The notes under the pieces are model-generated. The model saw only the letters and a list, made by a program, of their open reading frames with translations, searched no databases and was not told where the DNA came from. A stretch of 64,000 nt of DNA from Candidatus Multivorans sp. (GTDB taxonomy: Bacteria; Acidobacteriota; Thermoanaerobaculia; Multivoradales; Multivoraceae), in assembly GCA_965224025.1 (NCBI GenBank), contig OZ245033.1, positions 2,656,001 to 2,720,000 on the forward strand, in the 5' to 3' direction. Positions 1 to 9,826 of this stretch are shown here, piece by piece. Position numbers and translations under genes: made by a program. Positions within the stretch are counted from its first letter, which is position 1. Every line of letters begins with the position of its first letter.

Positions 1-171
1 CCTCGTCGACCCGAGACGGAGGAGTGGAGTCTCGTTGTATTCTGGCCCCTGCTCACGATCACTTCTCGGTGGAGAGCACCCGACTTGCGCTGACGGGAAC
101 CGGCACTGGTAGAGTCAGCCCATGGCCCAAGCGCCGACGTTCGACAGACCCCAAGAGGAGGATGTAGACCC

Positions 172-828
172 ATGACAAATCGAGTTGTGCGTCCCATCTC
201 GATCCCACTCACCGTTCTTGTGTGCGGCCTTCTGGCCGTCGCGCTGTTCGCCGGCCCGGCGCTGGCCTCGGAATCGGAGCGGCCGGAGACAGCCGGCTTC
301 GTCGGCGTGGACCAGGCGGCCGAGATCGAGCAGGCCGAGGGCGATCTCGAACCCTGCGTCGCGAGTGAGACCGTCATGTGTCTTCATGGCGACCGCTACG
401 AAGTGACGATCGAGTGGGAGAACCCCCAAGGGGCCAGGGGGGACGCGAAGGTGGTCAGGGGGGGGGCGCGACCTATCGGCACGAGTGAATCGGGCATGTT
501 CTACTTCTTCAGCCCGAGCAACTGGGAAGTGCTGCTCAAGGTGCTTGATGCCTGCACTCACAATCGGCATCACTGGGTGTATGCAGCGTCGGCGAGCGAT
601 GTCGGCATGACGCTGGTCGTTCGGGATACGAGCCTCCCGAACTACGATGCGGACGGCAGGATGATCGTCAACTCCAGGACCTACACCTTCGCGCCTCATA
701 GCAGACGGCCGCAGAACCCGGGTGAGTCGGATGAGGACTACCGGACGAATGTTCTAGCGAAGGGACACCCGGCGCTTACTGAGAGTGGTGCGTTCCCCGA
801 CGCGTGCCCTGCCCCTGCGGACGCATAG
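172..828 (+). CDS. Secreted hypothetical protein with a Cys-containing domain of a type seen in Acidobacteria secreted proteins
   Basis: N-terminal signal peptide (…LLAVALFAGPALA); motifs CLHGDRYEV, SGMFYFFSPSNWEVLLKVLDAC, HWVYAAS and terminal AFPDAC; GGAGGA RBS upstream. Confidence 0.75.
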   Translation: MTNRVVRPISIPLTVLVCGLLAVALFAGPALASESERPETAGFVGVDQAAEIEQAEGDLEPCVASETVMCLHGDRYEVTIEWENPQGARGDAKVVRGGARPIGTSESGMFYFFSPSNWEVLLKVLDACTHNRHHWVYAASASDVGMTLVVRDTSLPNYDADGRMIVNSRTYTFAPHSRRPQNPGESDEDYRTNVLAKGHPALTESGAFPDACPAPADA

Positions 829-876
829 CTGAGTTCGCGGCTCGGCCTAGCCCCGCGCGATGCCGACTCTTGAACG

Positions 877-1842
877 TCAGCTCATCAGGCCGGCCAACAG
901 TCGGATCGACTCCTCGACCTCCCATGGCGCCGCGTCGGGGACCCCGCAGCGGGCAATGACGTGGGTCATGCCGATTTGCTCGCGGTAGCGATCGAGGCCG
1001 GCGCGAACCTCGTCGCTGTCGCCCACGATCGCCCAGTTCTCCACGTCGGCCAGCTCCTCCTCCTGGACCAGACGTGTGCCGGAGCGCACCATGCGGATCG
1101 CCTGGGCAGTCAGAGCGGAGCGGACGCGGTCGCAGGTCTGCGGGTTGTCCGCAACGAAGACGGTGCGCATGACCGGCACGATGGGGCGGGGGGCGTCCTC
1201 CGGGAGAGCGGTCCGATGGAGTTCGTGGTTCCTGGTCAGGCGCTGGATCGTTTCCAGCGGTGACGACAAGTAGGGCAGGCCGAGTTCGCCGGCCTGCTTG
1301 AGCGCCAGCGGGCCGAAGGCGGCCACCCACAGTTCGGGGTGTGGCTTCTGCACCGGTAACGGCGCCAGCCTAACCGGCTGCCGCGCATCCGGTGCACCGA
1401 CTTCGATCGCTTCGCCGGCCCAGGCCCGTCGCATCAGGTCGAGGGATTCGGAGAAGCGCTGGCGTTTGGTCCGCGGATCGACGCCGAACGCCGCGAACAG
1501 CGCCGGGCGGAAACCGCGTCCCAGGCCGAGGATCACCCGGCCGTTCGAGACCTGGTCGAGGACCGCGACATCTTCGGCGGCCTGGAACGGGTTCCGGATC
1601 GGCAGCAGATAGGACGTCGTGCCCAAGCGGAGCCGGCTCGTTCGCGCCGCCGCGGCTGCGAGAACGACGAGCGGCGACGGGCAGGAGGCGGCGCCGCTGA
1701 AGTGGCTCTCCGGCAGGAACAGGGAATGGAAGCCGAGTTGATCCGCGAACTCCGCCTGCTCGGCGATGGCGGCCGCCTGGTCGCCCAAACGGTCAACCCA
1801 AGGCGTGAGTCCGACCTGGATCCTGTTCGCTTCCTCCACCAT
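877..1842 (-). CDS. LLM-class (luciferase-like) flavin-dependent oxidoreductase
   Basis: GFHSLFLPESHF, AARTSRLRLGT, AEDVAVLDQVSNGRVILGLGRG and PLPVQKPHPELWVA motifs. Confidence 0.9.
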   Translation of the reverse strand: MVEEANRIQVGLTPWVDRLGDQAAAIAEQAEFADQLGFHSLFLPESHFSGAASCPSPLVVLAAAAARTSRLRLGTTSYLLPIRNPFQAAEDVAVLDQVSNGRVILGLGRGFRPALFAAFGVDPRTKRQRFSESLDLMRRAWAGEAIEVGAPDARQPVRLAPLPVQKPHPELWVAAFGPLALKQAGELGLPYLSSPLETIQRLTRNHELHRTALPEDAPRPIVPVMRTVFVADNPQTCDRVRSALTAQAIRMVRSGTRLVQEEELADVENWAIVGDSDEVRAGLDRYREQIGMTHVIARCGVPDAAPWEVEESIRLLAGLMS

Positions 1843-1863
1843 CCGCCGGCCCGGCGGCGCCGA

Positions 1864-3951
1864 TCAGGAGCGCCAGTCGCTGAAGCTCTTGCCCTTGGCG
1901 GCCAGGTCGGCGAGCAGACCTGACGGCTGCCAGAAGTCGTCACCGCTCTCGCCCGCGAACTCGCGCATCCGGTCGACGATCTTGCCCAAGCCGACGCTGT
2001 CGCTCCAGTGCATCGGACCGCCCCGGTACACCGGCCAGCCGTAGCCGTTGACCCAGATCACGTCGATGTCGGAGGGCCGGATCGCGATCCCTTCTTCGAG
2101 GATCTTCGCGCCCTCGTTGACCATCGGATAGAGGCAGCGTTCGAGGATCTCGTCTTCGCCGACTTCGCGCTGTTCAATGCCCTGGGCGGCGCCGAAATCG
2201 CTGATGATCTGTAGCACTTCCGGATCGGGCGCCGAGGCGCGGGTTTCGGGATCGTAGACGTAGTAGCCGCGGCCGTTCTTCTGGCCGCGCCGGCCGGACT
2301 CGCAGAGGATCTCGCGGATGTCGCGAGACGCCGACTCCTTCTCGTTCCAGCCGATGTCGAGACCGGCGAGGTCGCTCATCGCGAACGGACCCATGGGGAA
2401 GCCGAAGTCGTACAGGACGCGGTCCACGTCGTAGTATCTGGCGCCTTCCAGGATGATCTGCTGTGCCTGCGTCTGGCGCTGGAACAGGATCCGGTTGCCG
2501 ACGAAGCCGCGGCAGACGCCCACGAGCACCGGCACCTTGCCGATCTGCTTGGAGATCGTCATCGAGGTGTGGATCACGTCCTTCGCCGTCTTCTCGCCCC
2601 GCACGACCTCGAGCAGGCGCATGATGTTCGCGGGCGAGAAGAAGTGCATGCCGATCACGTCCTCGGGCCTCGCCGTGGCGGCCGCGATCTCGTTCACGTC
2701 GAGGGCCGAGGTGTTCGTGGCCAGGATGGCGCCCGGCTTCACGATCCGGTCGAGGCTGGCGAAGATCTCCTTCTTCAGATCCATGTTCTCGAACACCGCC
2801 TCGATCACCAGGTCGCGGTCGGCGAGCGCCTCGCGGTCGGTGACGCCGTTGAGCAGTCCCATGCACTGGTCGACCTGTTCCATCGTCATGCGGCCGCGGC
2901 TGGCGGTCCGTTCGTAGTTCTTGCGGATGACGCCGAAGCCGTGGTCGAGCCGGCTCTGCTCGGCCTCGACGATCGTCACGCCGATGCCGCGGTTCGCGAA
3001 GTTCATCGAGATGCCGCCGCCCATCGTGCCGCATCCGAGGACCCCGACCTTCTCGATCTTCCGCATCTTGGTGGTGCGGGGCACATCGGGCACCTTGGCG
3101 GCCTCGCGCTCGGCGAAGAAGTAGTAGCGCTGAGCGATCGACTGCTTGCCGGCCATCAGCTCCGCGAACAGTTGACGTTCGTAGTCGAGCGCTTCGTCGA
3201 AGGACATGTCGAGGCCGGCCTCGATCGCCCGCGCGTTGGCCTCCGGCGCCTCAAAGCCGCGCGTCCGCCGGGCGATCTTGCGCCGGAAGCCGTCGAAGAT
3301 CTCCTTCCGGTTGGCCCGCGCCTCGTTCACCTTCTCGTCGAGGTCGCGGATCTTCTTGAGCGGCCGGTCTTCGGCGATCAGTTTCTCGGCGAAGGCGACC
3401 CCGCCCTCGAACACGTCGCCTGTGATCTCGTCGATCAGGCCGCCTTCGAGCGCCTCCGCGGCGCCGATGGGGTTGCCGATCACGCACATTTCGAGCGCCT
3501 TCGGATAGCCGACGAGTCGGGGCAGCCGCTGCGTGCCGCCCGCGCCCGGCAGAATCCCCAGCTTGACCTCGGGCTGGCCGAAACGGGCGGACGCCACGCC
3601 GACCCGGTAGTGGCAGGCCATCGCCGTCTCCAGGCCGCCGCCGAGTGCCGTGCCGTGAATCGAAGCGATGACGGGCTTGGACGCATGCTCCATCGCCTCG
3701 ATCGCTTCGTTCAGGCCGGGCTCCTTCATCGGCTTGCCGAACTCGGTGATGTCGGCGCCGGCGATGAAGGTGCGGCCCTTGCACACCAGGAGGACGGCGG
3801 CTACATCGTCGTCCGCCTCCGCCCTGGCGAGTCCTTCGACCATTCCGGCCCGCACGCCGTGGCTGAGAGCGTTGACGGGAGGATTGTCGATCACGATCAG
3901 GGCGACTTCGCCGCGAACTTCGTAGTCGACCATGTCTGTCAATGGGGTCAT
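1864..3951 (-). CDS. Multifunctional enoyl-CoA hydratase / 3-hydroxyacyl-CoA dehydrogenase (FadB-like)
   Basis: Crotonase motifs (NPPVNAL, FIAGADI, GGGLE, PEVKLG), Rossmann GCGTMG, ATNTS, GMHFFSPA; start moved to ATG 3951, which follows a GGAG RBS. Confidence 0.93.
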   Translation of the reverse strand: MTPLTDMVDYEVRGEVALIVIDNPPVNALSHGVRAGMVEGLARAEADDDVAAVLLVCKGRTFIAGADITEFGKPMKEPGLNEAIEAMEHASKPVIASIHGTALGGGLETAMACHYRVGVASARFGQPEVKLGILPGAGGTQRLPRLVGYPKALEMCVIGNPIGAAEALEGGLIDEITGDVFEGGVAFAEKLIAEDRPLKKIRDLDEKVNEARANRKEIFDGFRRKIARRTRGFEAPEANARAIEAGLDMSFDEALDYERQLFAELMAGKQSIAQRYYFFAEREAAKVPDVPRTTKMRKIEKVGVLGCGTMGGGISMNFANRGIGVTIVEAEQSRLDHGFGVIRKNYERTASRGRMTMEQVDQCMGLLNGVTDREALADRDLVIEAVFENMDLKKEIFASLDRIVKPGAILATNTSALDVNEIAAATARPEDVIGMHFFSPANIMRLLEVVRGEKTAKDVIHTSMTISKQIGKVPVLVGVCRGFVGNRILFQRQTQAQQIILEGARYYDVDRVLYDFGFPMGPFAMSDLAGLDIGWNEKESASRDIREILCESGRRGQKNGRGYYVYDPETRASAPDPEVLQIISDFGAAQGIEQREVGEDEILERCLYPMVNEGAKILEEGIAIRPSDIDVIWVNGYGWPVYRGGPMHWSDSVGLGKIVDRMREFAGESGDDFWQPSGLLADLAAKGKSFSDWRS

Positions 3952-4034
3952 GCTTCTGTTCTCTCCTGGCGCGGGCGCGCCGATGGGTTGCTTGGGAAGT
4001 TGCCGCCGGGGTTGGCGCCGGAAGGAAACGGAAT

Positions 4035-4697
4035 CTAGTCGCCGGCGCCGAGCAGGTCCAGGAAGCTGCTGATGCGGTCCGCGTTCTTGCCCAGGTCGCC
4101 GACGCCGACGCGGGACACGGAGCGCACGTCGACAGCGGCGCCGCCGGCCTCGGCGCGGACGCGGACTGCTATGTAGTCGACGAACCGGAACCACGGCGTG
4201 GTGTCGGAGAACTCGAACAGGCCGTTCTGCTCGTCCTCGCGCACTGGCGTCCAGCCGAGGTCCTCGGCCGCGTGCTGGACCCGCCAGATCGCCTCGTTGG
4301 TGGCGATGTCGAACCTGGCGGTGTCGAGATCGGCGTATGCCTGCCGCTGCAGGTCCGGCACCTGGTCGCCGCCGCTCGGGTAGGCGAAGCCGGCGCCGCG
4401 ACTGTCGAGGGAGGCGGCTGCCGCGAAGGCCGGCGGGTCCTCGGGATTCGTCGTGATGTCGTGGATGGGCGGGGCCTGGGCAGCCCCGCCGCGGCGCTCT
4501 CTGGGCCGCGTGCGGACCAGGCCGATCAGGCCCAGAAGCAGCGCCAGCGCGGCGCCCAGAGGCAGCAGGAAGGCGAACAGGGCAAAGCCCGGCAGGGAGG
4601 AGACCAGGCCGAACCGGGCGCCGACAGCGCCGACCAGTCCGGTTACCATCGCCAGGCTGGCCACCAGCGGCGAAGCGAGTGCGGTCGTGGAGTTCAT
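4035..4697 (-). CDS. DUF1499-like membrane protein
   Basis: Two N-terminal TM segments, then PPIHDITT, WFRFVDYIAVRV and VDVRSVSRVGVGDLGKNADRI. Confidence 0.8.
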   Translation of the reverse strand: MNSTTALASPLVASLAMVTGLVGAVGARFGLVSSLPGFALFAFLLPLGAALALLLGLIGLVRTRPRERRGGAAQAPPIHDITTNPEDPPAFAAAASLDSRGAGFAYPSGGDQVPDLQRQAYADLDTARFDIATNEAIWRVQHAAEDLGWTPVREDEQNGLFEFSDTTPWFRFVDYIAVRVRAEAGGAAVDVRSVSRVGVGDLGKNADRISSFLDLLGAGD

Positions 4698-4738
4698 AGG
4701 GCGCGGAGGGTAACAGGGACTGCTACGGTTCTGCCGTT

Positions 4739-4814
4739 CCATCCGTGCGCCCGATGACGGGCCCACGGAGTGGTTCGCGTGTGGCGCGGGTCGCGCCACA
4801 CGGGTTTGCCGCGC
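4739..4814 (+). repeat. Intergenic palindromic repeat family A (REP/MITE-like), copy
   Basis: ccatccgtgcgcccgatgacgggcccacgga...gtggcgcgggtcgcgccac double hairpin shared with copies at 6195, 19978, 25646 and 38851. Confidence 0.85.
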
Positions 4815-4845
4815 AGCCGATCCGAACGCCGCAGCAGCCATCGCC

Positions 4846-6192
4846 GTGCAGGAAGACCGATTCGCAGCCGCCCTGGTGCTTCTGTTCGTCTCGCTGGCCG
4901 GGTGCGGCGGCGAGCGGGCGGCCGACGGTCGCGCGGAACGCCGGCCCAACGTGGTCCTGTACGTCGTCGACACGGTCCGCGCGGACCGGCTCGGCATATA
5001 CGGCTACGACAAGCCGACCTCGCCGCGGCTCGACGCGTTCGCGGAAGATGGCGTCGTGTTCGCGAACGCCTACGCCCAGTCTTCATGGACCCGGCCGGCG
5101 ATGGCGTCCCTCTTCACCGGCCTCCTGCCGCCGGCGCACCGGACCGTCGGCCGCCGTTCCGTGTTGCCCGGGGACGCGACGACCCTGGCCGAGATCCTGG
5201 CCGCCAACGGCTACGAGGGAATGGGCCTCGTCCGCAACCCGAACGTCGGCCGGGCCTTCGGCTTCGCCCAGGGGTTCACCCGCTTTCGCAGCGAGGATCG
5301 CGAGCGGGACGAGACGATGCTCGACCGGGTTCGGCTGTGGCTGGACGAGCGACAGGACACTGGATCGCCGTTCTTCCTCTATCTGCACGCGATCGACCCC
5401 CACGGGCCCTACGACCCGGCGCCCGAGTTCGAGCGGATGTTCGACGCCGGCGGCGCGCCCGGGCACTACCGCACGGTCCGGTACCTGCTTCAGTTGAACC
5501 GGGGCGAGGTGGAGCCCGATGCGGGCACCGCCGAGGCCTTGTCCCGTCTGTACGACGCGGAGGTGGCCCAGAACGACCGCGCCTTCGGCCAGCTTCTCGA
5601 CGAGCTCAACGTTCGTGGACTGGTTGGCGACACGGCGGTGATCTACGTGTCCGATCACGGTGAAGAGTTCGAGGAGCACGGCCGCTGGGAACATGGCATC
5701 TCTCTCTATGAGGAAGTGCTGCGGATCCCTCTGGTGATGGGTCTCCCGGGAGTGACGGCGCGGCGGGTCGAGACGCCGGCGCAGCACGTCGACCTGCTGC
5801 CGACCCTGCTCGCCTACCTGGGCATCGAGACGCCGGCGACGGACGGTCGCGATCTGCTTTCGGAGCCGAAACGGGGAGATGAACGGTCAGACGTCTACGC
5901 TCACCTCGACGTCGACAACCACCGGAGCTCCGCTGTGATCCGCGGCCACTACAAGTTGGTTCTGCCGCAGTCACGCTCCCAGGGCAGCGAGCCGATGCTC
6001 TTCGACCTGGAGGTGGACCCGGACGAGCGCGCGAACCTGGCGCCGAGCCGGCCGGAGATCGTCACGCGGATGACGGAGTTACTCGCTGGCAGAGGGCTCG
6101 CGGGCGAAGTCGAGCCCGCAGTCGAACTCGAAGATGACCAGATCGATGAGGACCTGCGGCGCAGGCTGAAGGCGCTGGGCTACGTCGACTAG
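4846..6192 (+). CDS. Sulfatase-like hydrolase/transferase, predicted lipoprotein
   Basis: Lipobox LAGC; RPNVVLYVVDTVRAD, DPHGPY, SDHGEEF, PMLFDL; WTRPAMAS in place of the canonical CxPxR. Confidence 0.85.
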   Translation: MQEDRFAAALVLLFVSLAGCGGERAADGRAERRPNVVLYVVDTVRADRLGIYGYDKPTSPRLDAFAEDGVVFANAYAQSSWTRPAMASLFTGLLPPAHRTVGRRSVLPGDATTLAEILAANGYEGMGLVRNPNVGRAFGFAQGFTRFRSEDRERDETMLDRVRLWLDERQDTGSPFFLYLHAIDPHGPYDPAPEFERMFDAGGAPGHYRTVRYLLQLNRGEVEPDAGTAEALSRLYDAEVAQNDRAFGQLLDELNVRGLVGDTAVIYVSDHGEEFEEHGRWEHGISLYEEVLRIPLVMGLPGVTARRVETPAQHVDLLPTLLAYLGIETPATDGRDLLSEPKRGDERSDVYAHLDVDNHRSSAVIRGHYKLVLPQSRSQGSEPMLFDLEVDPDERANLAPSRPEIVTRMTELLAGRGLAGEVEPAVELEDDQIDEDLRRRLKALGYVD

Positions 6193-6194
6193 CG

Positions 6195-6353
6195 CTAGAA
6201 GCTTGCGCGGCAGAAACTGGGTGCGCCGGCGTGCCATCCGTGCGCCCGAGTGACGGGCGCACGGAATGGTTCACAGGTGGCGCGGATCGCGCCACCTGGG
6301 TTCCCGCCGGCATCCTGCGCGAAGCGTCGGCTTCCGTGAGTTCTGCCGCGCTA
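6195..6353 (+). repeat. Repeat family A, most complete copy, with terminal inverted repeats
   Basis: gcgcggcagaa (6205-6215) ... ttctgccgcgc (6341-6351) enclose the double hairpin; lies between convergent genes. Confidence 0.85.
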
Positions 6354-7511
6354 GCGCTGCGGCGCCAGCTCTCGCAGGCACTCTGCCAGCAGTTCGACCC
6401 CTTCGCGGATCCTGGCGACGGAGGGGCAGGCGTAGGCCAGACGCAGGAACGGCACGTCCTCGCGCCCCGCATGGTAGGCGGCGCCGTGGCCGTATTCGAG
6501 GCCGCGCCGCTCGCCGAGCGCAAAGAGCGCCTTGCGGTCCACTTCCTCCGGCAGGCCGACCCACAGGAACATGGCGCCGGCAGGCTTGCGCCAGGTGCAG
6601 ACGCCGCCGAGCTCCTCGGCGAGCGCGGCCAGCAATGCGTCACGCTTCGGCAGCAGGGCGGCGTTGTTGCGCTCGATCTGAGCCGGCAGGCGGCCGCGCA
6701 GCAGTTCCGCAACGATGCTCGAGGACAACGTGCTCTGGCCGGCATCGAAGCGCCGATCGAGAAACCGCTGTTGGAGCGGCTGCCTGGCCAGGAAGTAGCC
6801 GATCCGGACTCCGGCGCCGAGGATCTTGGACAGCGACCCGATGTAGACGACTCCTTGGCCGCCGGCCAGGCTGTAGAGCGACTGCGGCGGGCGCGGCGCG
6901 TCGTCGTAGTGGACGTCGGCGTAGCAGTTGTCCTCAACCAGAAGGACCTCGAACTCGCGCGCCGCTTCGATCATCTCGAGGCGCCGCTCGCGCGGCATCA
7001 CGGCGCCGGTCGGGTTGTGGTAGGTCGGCAGGGTGTAGATGAAACGCGGCTTCCTGCCGTCCGCGGCCAGGCTCCCCAGCGTTCGGCGCAGTTCGCCGAT
7101 ATCCATGCCCTGCTCGTCCGTCGGCACGCCGACCAGGCGGTAGCCGAGCCCCCGGTAGGCGCCGAGGGTGCCCGAGTAGGTCGTCTCCTCCGTGATCACG
7201 ATGTCGTCCGGCTCTTCCATCAGCGCCCTGCCCACCAGCGTCACCGCCTGCATGGAGCCGTTGGTCAGCGCGACCTCGTCGGGGTCGTACTCCACGCTTT
7301 CGCGGTCCGCTTCGCGCCGGGCAAGCACTTCCCGCAGACCGGGATGGCCGAGATCACCAGGGTAGAAAGCGAAGTTCTTCCCGATGTCGAGAATCGCGCG
7401 TCCGGCCGCCTCGGCCATCTCGGCGGCCGGGAACGCTTCGGGCGCCGTCATGCCGACCCGCATCGGAATCGGGTTCGCAGGCGGGCCACTCGAGTCTGGA
7501 GCGCCGGTCAT
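6351..7511 (-). CDS. PLP-dependent class I/II aminotransferase (MocR/LysN-like catalytic domain)
   Basis: TNGSMQA, YTLPTYHNPTG, VEDNCY, GSLSKILGAGVRIGY, GAMFLWV; start uncertain. Confidence 0.88.
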   Translation of the reverse strand: MTGAPDSSGPPANPIPMRVGMTAPEAFPAAEMAEAAGRAILDIGKNFAFYPGDLGHPGLREVLARREADRESVEYDPDEVALTNGSMQAVTLVGRALMEEPDDIVITEETTYSGTLGAYRGLGYRLVGVPTDEQGMDIGELRRTLGSLAADGRKPRFIYTLPTYHNPTGAVMPRERRLEMIEAAREFEVLLVEDNCYADVHYDDAPRPPQSLYSLAGGQGVVYIGSLSKILGAGVRIGYFLARQPLQQRFLDRRFDAGQSTLSSSIVAELLRGRLPAQIERNNAALLPKRDALLAALAEELGGVCTWRKPAGAMFLWVGLPEEVDRKALFALGERRGLEYGHGAAYHAGREDVPFLRLAYACPSVARIREGVELLAECLRELAPQR

Positions 7512-7591
7512 CGCGGCGGGGACTGTAGCAGCGCCGGGCGGGCTGTTACCCTCTGCCGCCTCACAACCGACAACACTGGGGGAATCGGACG

Positions 7592-8359
7592 ATGAAGGAC
7601 CTCTTCGACCTCACCGGCAGGGTGAGCGTCATCACCGGATCGACGAAGGGCATCGGCAAGGCGATGGCCGAAGGCCTGGCTGCCTTCGGCTCGAAGGTCG
7701 TCATCTCGAGCCGCAAGGCGGATGCCTGCGAAGCGGTTGCGGCCGCGATCAACGAGAGCGGCGGCGAGGCGATGGCGCACCCCTGCCACGTCGGTCACAA
7801 GGATCAGTTGGAACGCCTGGTTGCGGCGACCCGGGAGCGCTGGGGGAAGATCGACAACCTGGTCGTCAACGCCGCGGTCAATCCGTACTTCGGTTCGAGC
7901 CTGGGCATTCCGGACTCCGCGTTCGACAAGGTGATGGAGGTCAACATCAAGAGCGTCCACTGGCTGTGCCAGATGGTGATTCCCGACATGCGGGAGCGCA
8001 AGGACGGGTCGATCATCATCGTGTCCTCGGTCGGCGGCTTCCGCGGCAGCTCGATGCTCGGCGCCTATGCGATCTCCAAGGCCGCGGACATGCAGCTCGC
8101 GCGGAACCTGGCGGCCGAGTTCGGTCCCGACAACATCCGCGTCAACGCCGTGTGCCCCGGCCTGGTCAAGACGGACTTCGCCCGCGCGCTTTGGGAGGAC
8201 CCGGAGCGGGAGCAGGCGGTCGCCGCGAGAACTCCGCTCCGGCGCCTCGGCGAGCCGGAAGACTGCGCCGGGATCGCGGTCTATCTCGCGTCGCGCGCGG
8301 GTTCGTGGACCACGGGCCAGACCTTCACCGTCGACGGCGGGGTCGTGGGCTGCGGTTGA
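7592..8359 (+). CDS. Short-chain dehydrogenase/reductase (DHRS4-like)
   Basis: TGSTKGIG, YAISK, NIRVNAVCPG, TGQTFTVDGG. Confidence 0.93.
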   Translation: MKDLFDLTGRVSVITGSTKGIGKAMAEGLAAFGSKVVISSRKADACEAVAAAINESGGEAMAHPCHVGHKDQLERLVAATRERWGKIDNLVVNAAVNPYFGSSLGIPDSAFDKVMEVNIKSVHWLCQMVIPDMRERKDGSIIIVSSVGGFRGSSMLGAYAISKAADMQLARNLAAEFGPDNIRVNAVCPGLVKTDFARALWEDPEREQAVAARTPLRRLGEPEDCAGIAVYLASRAGSWTTGQTFTVDGGVVGCG

Positions 8360-9777
8360 TCTCGTTCCCCGCGGCGCTGCTGCTCGCCGCCGGTGCGGTG
8401 GCCGCCCAAACGGCCGCCGAGCCCGCCGGCGCGGTGTTCCTCGCCAGCGGCGCCCGGGTCGGAGAAGTGACCGCGACGTCGGCCGTCGTCTGGACCCGGA
8501 CAACGGCCGAACCGCAGCGGCGTGCAGGAGAGGAGATCTCCGGCCGACCGGTCGTGACGCTCGAGCCCGCTGTCGACGTGTCGACGCTCGAAGGAGCGGT
8601 CCCCGGGGCGCCGGGCGAGGTCCGGGCGACCGTGAGGCGCCGGGATGGAAGTGGTGAAGTGCGGCTCGTCGACTGGCGGCCGACCGAGCTCGCTCGCGAC
8701 TTCACCCGTCAGATTCTGCTCGACGACCTGGCCGCCGATACCTCGTATCTCGTCACGGTCGAGGCACGGCCGGCGGCGGATTCCGAAGCGACGGCCCTTG
8801 ACGCCGTGGCGTTCCGCACCGCGCCGCGGCCGGACCAGCGGCGTCCGGTTCGCTTCGCCGCGATGACCTGCCAGCACTACGGGCGCCGCGACCGCACGGA
8901 CGGCTTCCAGATCTACTCGTCGATGGCCGCCGGCGGGCCGGACTTCTACCTGTCCATCGGCGACAACGTGTACTACGACAACGAGTCCCCGCGCGTCACC
9001 TCCGTGGAGTTGGCGCGCTACCACTGGCAGCGGATGTTCACCCTTCCGGCGGTGGCCACCTTCCTGCGTTCGGTGCCCGGCTACTGGCTCAAGGACGATC
9101 ACGACCTGCTGCGGAACGACTCCTGGCCCGGGATCGAACCGGGCATCTCCGCGCCGATGACGTTCGAGGAGGGGCTGGCGGTGTTCGCGGAACAGACGCC
9201 GGCACCCGAACGTCCCTACCGTACCGTCCGCTGGGGCAAGGGGCTGCAACTCTGGCTGGTCGAGGGCCGTGACTTCCGTTCGCCCAACGACATGCCGGAC
9301 GGCCCCGGCAAGACGATCTGGGGCGCCGAACAGCGGCGGTGGCTGCGGGAATCCCTGCTTGCAAGCGACGCGGACTGGAAGATCCTCGTCTCACCGACGC
9401 CGATCGTCGGCCCGGACCGGGGCAACAAGGCGGACAACCACGCCAACGCCGCCTTCAGCCATGAGGGCGACGCGGTCCGCGAGTGGGTCCAGGCGAACAT
9501 GGACGACCGATTCCTGGTCATCGTCGGCGACCGGCACTGGCAGTACCACTCGGTCCATCCGGGGACTGGCCTCGACGAGTTCTCCGTCGGCCCGGCCAGC
9601 GATGCCCATGCCGGCGGCACGCCCGGCGAGGATCCCGACTACCACCGCTTCCACCGCGTCGGCGGCGGCTTTCTCAGCGTCGACGTCGACTGGGTCGGCG
9701 ACCGCCCGCGCATCGTGCTGCGGCACCGGGATGCGTTCGGCCGGATGGTCTACGAGGTCGAGCGTCTCGGTTCGTAG
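8356..9777 (+). CDS. Alkaline phosphatase D family protein
   Basis: Signal peptide from TTG 8356 (overlaps the SDR stop); SAVVWTR, GDNVYYD, KDDHD, GDRHW. Confidence 0.88.
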   Translation: MISFPAALLLAAGAVAAQTAAEPAGAVFLASGARVGEVTATSAVVWTRTTAEPQRRAGEEISGRPVVTLEPAVDVSTLEGAVPGAPGEVRATVRRRDGSGEVRLVDWRPTELARDFTRQILLDDLAADTSYLVTVEARPAADSEATALDAVAFRTAPRPDQRRPVRFAAMTCQHYGRRDRTDGFQIYSSMAAGGPDFYLSIGDNVYYDNESPRVTSVELARYHWQRMFTLPAVATFLRSVPGYWLKDDHDLLRNDSWPGIEPGISAPMTFEEGLAVFAEQTPAPERPYRTVRWGKGLQLWLVEGRDFRSPNDMPDGPGKTIWGAEQRRWLRESLLASDADWKILVSPTPIVGPDRGNKADNHANAAFSHEGDAVREWVQANMDDRFLVIVGDRHWQYHSVHPGTGLDEFSVGPASDAHAGGTPGEDPDYHRFHRVGGGFLSVDVDWVGDRPRIVLRHRDAFGRMVYEVERLGS

Positions 9778-9793
9778 GGGCTGAGCGCTGGCG

Positions 9794-9826
9794 TCAGCCC
9801 TCCGGCTGGACTCGGCCTGGGCTCAC
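9794..9826 (-). pseudogene. Possible 10-codon remnant of a HepT-like toxin gene (MSPGRVQPEG*)
   Basis: GTGA overlap with the mntA-like stop at the position where the HEPN partner normally starts; ends at once in a hairpin. Confidence 0.35.

Noticed and set aside
7384-8355. Long N-terminal extensions in the ORF track for PhoD, FadB-like, TrkA, ADH, MFP, NPP and both IS110 genes
   Set aside because: The extensions overlap neighbouring genes or non-coding structure; downstream starts fit RBS and domain boundaries better.
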